A DNA stretch of 64,000 bases, from IMG/VR virus record IMGVR_UViG_3300045911_000602; one strand, 5' to 3'. The notes below the pieces were generated by a model. That model did no database searches. It was not told the DNA's origin and saw only the letters and a list, made by a program, of their open reading frames with translations. Shown here in pieces: positions 60,405 through 64,000 of the stretch; the stretch's first letter is position 1, and each line of letters opens with the position of its first letter. The translations under genes were made by a program, and so were the position numbers. This DNA comes from a virus.

Positions 60405-60432
60405 ATTGTATAGAAATTTAGGTAAAAGTCAA
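60405..60432 (-). promoter_or_regulatory. promoter cassette: TTGACT, 16-nt spacer, TACAAT. Same 40-bp cassette family as the MORN genes.
   Basis: GCATTGTATAGAAATTTAGGTAAAAGTCAACT here, compared with GCATTATACAGGAATTTGGGTAAAAGACAACT in the array. Confidence 0.6.
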
Positions 60433-60551
60433 CTAATTTTTTAATTCACTGATTTGAAAAGATTTTTTTAAAAAACACCGACATGGTACAGACTAACAGC
60501 AAGAGCTTGTTTGTTCCAGTTATCAAAGCAGCCCTCTTAGACCGACGAAAT

Positions 60552-60926
60552 TCAATCGTCGAAAAAATGTGCCAACATCAAATGTGGATTTTTAATCCAG
60601 TCTTGTAAGCCTTCGTTTGCTTTTGAATCGTACACTTTTTTAAATAGAAAGCTGAATAATTGATCGGGACTATACTTGGTGAGATCAAACGGAAGGTGCA
60701 TTCCTAAATCAATGCCTTTCTTTTGAGCTTCAATCTGAAGGTTCTTCAAGCCGACCTTTTGTGACTGTGTAATTCTATTATGCATGCAGAAAACTGAAGC
60801 GATGGACAATGCCATGTGTCTATGCATGAATAGACCTCTCCAATAGCACATTTCGTCACCAAAAAGAACTGGTTTAAGACTTAGTAAGCTAAAAGTCATT
60901 TCCATTTCAAATGGTTGCATAGTCAT
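60552..60926 (-). CDS. hypothetical protein (124 aa)
   Basis: ORF only. Confidence 0.6.
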   Translation of the reverse strand: MTMQPFEMEMTFSLLSLKPVLFGDEMCYWRGLFMHRHMALSIASVFCMHNRITQSQKVGLKNLQIEAQKKGIDLGMHLPFDLTKYSPDQLFSFLFKKVYDSKANEGLQDWIKNPHLMLAHFFDD

Positions 60927-61515
60927 TTATTCCTCTAAAGTCTACATTGACAGAACCAGATACAAGCAGCGCCTTTAATTCAGGGCAAGGTACATACCCC
61001 ATTGTCATGTACTTGATTGTTCTCGAAACCAAAGAAGGTGTAACTTTTAAAACCCTAAGAGTTTTGGTCTTTATATCTTCTAAGGTGTGCTCTCCAAAAA
61101 GAAATTGCTTCCCATCAGTCAAGACCTTACATACTTCAAAATCAAATGTATCAAGCACTTTCTGAGGGCTGTCGAAGAATTCTTTTTGTATCAGCTGAAC
61201 GATATGTTTAGAATTGTTGTTGAAAATGGTAATAGCGTTTGGTGAAACGTGAAGAATATCCCATGTTTCAAGAGTTTTAACTTCAAATTCAATTAAAGGC
61301 CAGCTACCGATGCTTGTTTCACGGTTTTTCTGGTGAGTCATTTTTTGTTTTAATCTATCAAACGATTCTTGATCTTTGAACCAAACATCAATGTCTGAAC
61401 CCCCGGCAGGAAGCCCTTGATACCATTTCAGTGCTGCTCCACCCGCAATCCAAGGACCTCGCTCCATGTCTGGAGCAATTAACTCAACAATCTCTCGATC
61501 GTCTGCATGAATCAT
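60907..61515 (-). CDS. hypothetical protein (202 aa), possibly a Pol-beta-superfamily nucleotidyltransferase
   Basis: IAGGAALKWYQGLPAGGSDIDVWF resembles the GG...DxD head motif. The match is weak. Confidence 0.55.
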   Translation of the reverse strand: MIHADDREIVELIAPDMERGPWIAGGAALKWYQGLPAGGSDIDVWFKDQESFDRLKQKMTHQKNRETSIGSWPLIEFEVKTLETWDILHVSPNAITIFNNNSKHIVQLIQKEFFDSPQKVLDTFDFEVCKVLTDGKQFLFGEHTLEDIKTKTLRVLKVTPSLVSRTIKYMTMGYVPCPELKALLVSGSVNVDFRGINDYATI

Positions 61516-61637
61516 TTTAACCTCATGAAAGTTCTAAACTACCATTAGAGGACTATCAATTGCATTTCCAATTGCCTGATGTTTCTTGATGAAATGAGAA
61601 TTGATTTTTCTTTCCGCTGATCGCTAAAACTAACGCT

Positions 61638-61871
61638 TTAAATGTCTCTTTGGGAGGTAATGTTTGAAGTGTTGACACCACGTTCAAACATTGAGAACAG
61701 TTTTTCAAATTCTAGATTATAGATCTCTTTCAATCCAATTAGCGCATTGGCGACTTTATCGTTTGTCCAATCGCGATCCAACACTCCTTCAGAAATTGAA
61801 CCCAGGTGATCCACAAGACCCCAACAGGTCATGAGTTGTTGTTCAAATTCAAACCGATCAAATTTTTGCAT
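61638..61871 (-). CDS. hypothetical protein (77 aa)
   Basis: ORF only. Confidence 0.55.
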   Translation of the reverse strand: MQKFDRFEFEQQLMTCWGLVDHLGSISEGVLDRDWTNDKVANALIGLKEIYNLEFEKLFSMFERGVNTSNITSQRDI

Positions 61872-61978
61872 CGTCTGTTTCCTTTCCCAAAGTTAAATTT
61901 TTTGCGCTCTGTGGACAAACAAATTCTCCCCAGTTGAAAAATTATACTCCAACTGGGGAGACAATTGCAACGATTTGA

Positions 61979-62131
61979 TCAAAGATTAAAATACTTTCTG
62001 CTTTGGGCAAGAAAATACTTTTTTTCTCTTTCTTCCAAATCAAAATTATTTTGTGATTGAGAAAGATACATTTCCAAATCGCTGCGATACTTTAGACGAT
62101 CTTGAAACCAAGAAATAATTTTGGAAAACAT
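61979..62131 (-). CDS. small protein candidate (50 aa)
   Basis: Hand-translated. A perfect AAGGAG RBS sits 8 nt upstream, directly after the Hsp20 stop. Confidence 0.5.
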   Translation of the reverse strand: MFSKIISWFQDRLKYRSDLEMYLSQSQNNFDLEEREKKYFLAQSRKYFNL

Positions 62132-62143
62132 ATTTAATCTCCT

Positions 62144-62599
62144 TTATTCGATTGTTAGTTTTCTAATTGTTTCCTGCGGTTCGTTGCGTTTGATGTTGAT
62201 GTGAAGTAAACCATCCTCGAGTTTAGCGGACGTAATTTCATCACCATCACTTAACTGCCACTTACGGACGAATTGACGTGAAGCAATACCCTTTACAAGA
62301 TATTTTTCATCCGTTTTTGTTTCCTTTTTTGCAGCGATTGTAAGAACGTTTGTTGAATTTACTTCAATAGTAATTTCTTCTTTCTTAAAACCAGCAACAG
62401 CAAGAGAAATTACATAACCATCTTCAGTTTTAATAATATCGTATGGTGGATAGTTTACTGAACGGATTCCAACGGGGAACGTTTTATCGAGCGTTTCAAA
62501 CGCTCTTTCAGCATCTAACCACATTGAATTAATATCAGAAATCCACTTGTTAATGTCTGTTGTTGTATTTTTGAAAAGGGTTGGAAAGTATTTTGTCAT
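62144..62599 (-). CDS. small heat-shock protein (Hsp20 / alpha-crystallin, IbpA-like)
   Basis: YPPYDIIKTEDGYVISLAVAGFKKEEITIEV ... LEDGLLHINIKR alpha-crystallin domain pattern. AAGGAG RBS. Confidence 0.85.
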   Translation of the reverse strand: MTKYFPTLFKNTTTDINKWISDINSMWLDAERAFETLDKTFPVGIRSVNYPPYDIIKTEDGYVISLAVAGFKKEEITIEVNSTNVLTIAAKKETKTDEKYLVKGIASRQFVRKWQLSDGDEITSAKLEDGLLHINIKRNEPQETIRKLTIE

Positions 62600-62687
62600 A
62601 ATAATATTCTCCTTTGAGCAATATTGTTTTTATAACTTCTATAACATCTCCACCACGGCTGATGTTATAGTTTCTCGATAATTTGTT

Positions 62688-63542
62688 TTAGTGCTCTTTG
62701 AGCCACTCTAACAAATTATCTTGAATACTTTTACCTGCACTAAACTCTTCTGTATTTATAATTGCAACACGTTTCCATTTATTTACATTATTACAATTAT
62801 CAAATCTCGTGTCCATCATATTCGGATATGATGGAAGTGTGTTTGGTATTTTATCATGCCACACTGGGAAACTATATCCCTTAGGTACTGTTTGTATTAC
62901 ACCTGAACGTTTGTATTTATATAAATTAATTAATGCTGTAAACCAATCATCTCCATAAAATTCACACCACTGCGAAGCAAAACGAAAATGTATTTCAATT
63001 ATTCCATTTCCCAAAAATTCAAAATTCATTGCTCCATTATAATATGGGAATAGTTGTATATTCCATGTAAGTACTTTGTTAATTATATCGAGATGTTCTT
63101 TTTTAGTTTCAGTAAGTTCCCAACACCAAAACCTATTTTCTGGTAAAGTGTGACCTATTGCCGTCGCTGACCAAAAAACAACATTATCATGTACCAATAC
63201 GTCTACCGAACGATGCTCTCCTTCAAACAGAGGCATAAAATAATACCCGGGTTTATATTTTGCTACATATTCTTGTTCGTTTTCGATTTTGAAGCCGCCA
63301 CCCATTCCATAAAGATTATATATGGGTTTACAAAAAACAGGATATTTCTTTGGAAGAATACCCATTGGACCAGATTCATAATTCAGTAGTTGTGAAACGA
63401 CTAGTTTGTTTGAGTACTGACGTAAATTAATACATTTTTCCCAGACAGCCTCATCATAAATTGGTATGTCGACGCTTTCGGCTTGTCGACTCCACTTTTC
63501 ATATTTGAAAGTTTCCCACGGTTCTGGAGTTAAAAAGGGCAT
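62688..63542 (-). CDS. hypothetical protein (284 aa), possibly ATP-grasp-like
   Basis: The PVFCKPIYNLYGMGGGF ... GEHRSVD pattern is reminiscent of ATP-grasp cores. This is from memory only. Confidence 0.6.
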   Translation of the reverse strand: MPFLTPEPWETFKYEKWSRQAESVDIPIYDEAVWEKCINLRQYSNKLVVSQLLNYESGPMGILPKKYPVFCKPIYNLYGMGGGFKIENEQEYVAKYKPGYYFMPLFEGEHRSVDVLVHDNVVFWSATAIGHTLPENRFWCWELTETKKEHLDIINKVLTWNIQLFPYYNGAMNFEFLGNGIIEIHFRFASQWCEFYGDDWFTALINLYKYKRSGVIQTVPKGYSFPVWHDKIPNTLPSYPNMMDTRFDNCNNVNKWKRVAIINTEEFSAGKSIQDNLLEWLKEH

Positions 63543-63543
63543 T

Positions 63544-64000
63544 TTATTTTTTATTTAAATTCATTTTAACTATATCAAACATATGCTTAACGTCTTCTTC
63601 TTTGACGTTGCCGATGTTTAACGGAGAGGCTTTTTTAAATGTGTCGAAATTATCACGCAAGACTGCATAACGCAAATCTGTTCCTGATATTCCTGGTGTT
63701 CGTTCACCAGAACTTATTGCTATTAAGTCTAATCCTTTTTCGTTAGCATATTTTTTCAGCCTATCGAAGAGACTTCTTTCTTTTTCGTCTTCAAAATAAT
63801 CACCACCCGCAAAGTAAATTAATTTTTTAATATTTGGTTTTTTGGATACTTCATCAACAACAGAAAACATATTTGATGTTGCATCGATGTTGATATCCGG
63901 AATTGCTTTTTTGATATACATAACTTTATCTTCTAAGCGAACAGGGTTTTTTTGATTATCAAAAGTTTTAGATACGTAAATTTTATACGGAATATTTTCT
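63544..64000 (-). CDS. hypothetical protein, 5'-partial at the window edge (contains ISGTDLR, a nucleotidyltransferase-like motif)
   Basis: The frame stays open from the track start (63921) to position 63999, so the gene probably begins beyond the window. Confidence 0.55.
   Translation of the reverse strand, partial: ENIPYKIYVSKTFDNQKNPVRLEDKVMYIKKAIPDINIDATSNMFSVVDEVSKKPNIKKLIYFAGGDYFEDEKERSLFDRLKKYANEKGLDLIAISSGERTPGISGTDLRYAVLRDNFDTFKKASPLNIGNVKEEDVKHMFDIVKMNLNKK

Noticed and set aside
1-64000. Genome-wide stop-codon reassignment, prompted by the CUA tRNA-like element.
   Set aside because: Under the standard code the window is already densely and continuously coding, with recognisable full-length enzymes. 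I saw no recognisable gene interrupted by an in-frame TAG.
1-64000. Origin from a eukaryotic giant virus, suggested by MORN repeats, IS607-type TnpB (Fanzor-like) and the AT-richness.
   Set aside because: Genes have Shine-Dalgarno sequences (AAGGAG, GGAGG) and ATGA-type overlaps. Promoters match TTGACA-N16-18-TATAAT, and the terminators are Rho-independent hairpins. Bacterial-type genes are present (def, clpS, bS21, LpxH-like). All of this points to a bacteriophage.

Overview
This window is AT-rich and gene-dense, and almost all genes lie on the minus strand. It reads like part of a large virulent dsDNA phage of a bacterium. The evidence is Shine-Dalgarno sites, TTGACA/TATAAT-type promoters, tight or overlapping gene junctions, and T4-type genes: RNA ligase 1, dCMP deaminase, thymidylate synthase, PhoH, MazG, Hsp20 and a MoxR/VWA pair. 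The phage assignment is an inference; no database search was possible.

Main contents:
1. An early-gene-like block (1-13.3 kb) with an Mrr-like nuclease plus SF2 helicase.
2. An array of 11 tandem MORN-repeat paralogs (13.3-20.8 kb), each behind a near-identical sigma70-type promoter cassette.
3. A 1.2-kb non-coding hub with perfect 67-bp repeats and iterons (20.8-22.0 kb).
4. A lower-GC block (about 21-57.8 kb). It holds 10 credible tRNA genes in the window overall, one of them split by a 236-nt intervening sequence, plus one tRNA-like element with a CUA anticodon. It also carries auxiliary genes (thioredoxin, QueD/QueE, Nudix, ClpS, lytic transglycosylase, ribosomal protein bS21, split NAD-ligase, ThyA, PhoH, MazG, LpxH-like plus GT4, peptide deformylase, PRPP synthetase, HNH).
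5. Three TnpB genes. Two are copies of a zinc-finger-less IS607-type TnpB, one next to a decayed tnpA. The third is a canonical IS605/IS1341-type TnpB.
6. Two copies of an unassigned, conserved element of about 197 nt that may be a structured RNA.
7. A higher-GC MoxR-VWA island (57.8-61.9 kb).

Functional calls rest on motifs I can read in the translations and on recalled family signatures. Coordinates of revised starts, tRNAs, repeats and promoters were counted by hand.
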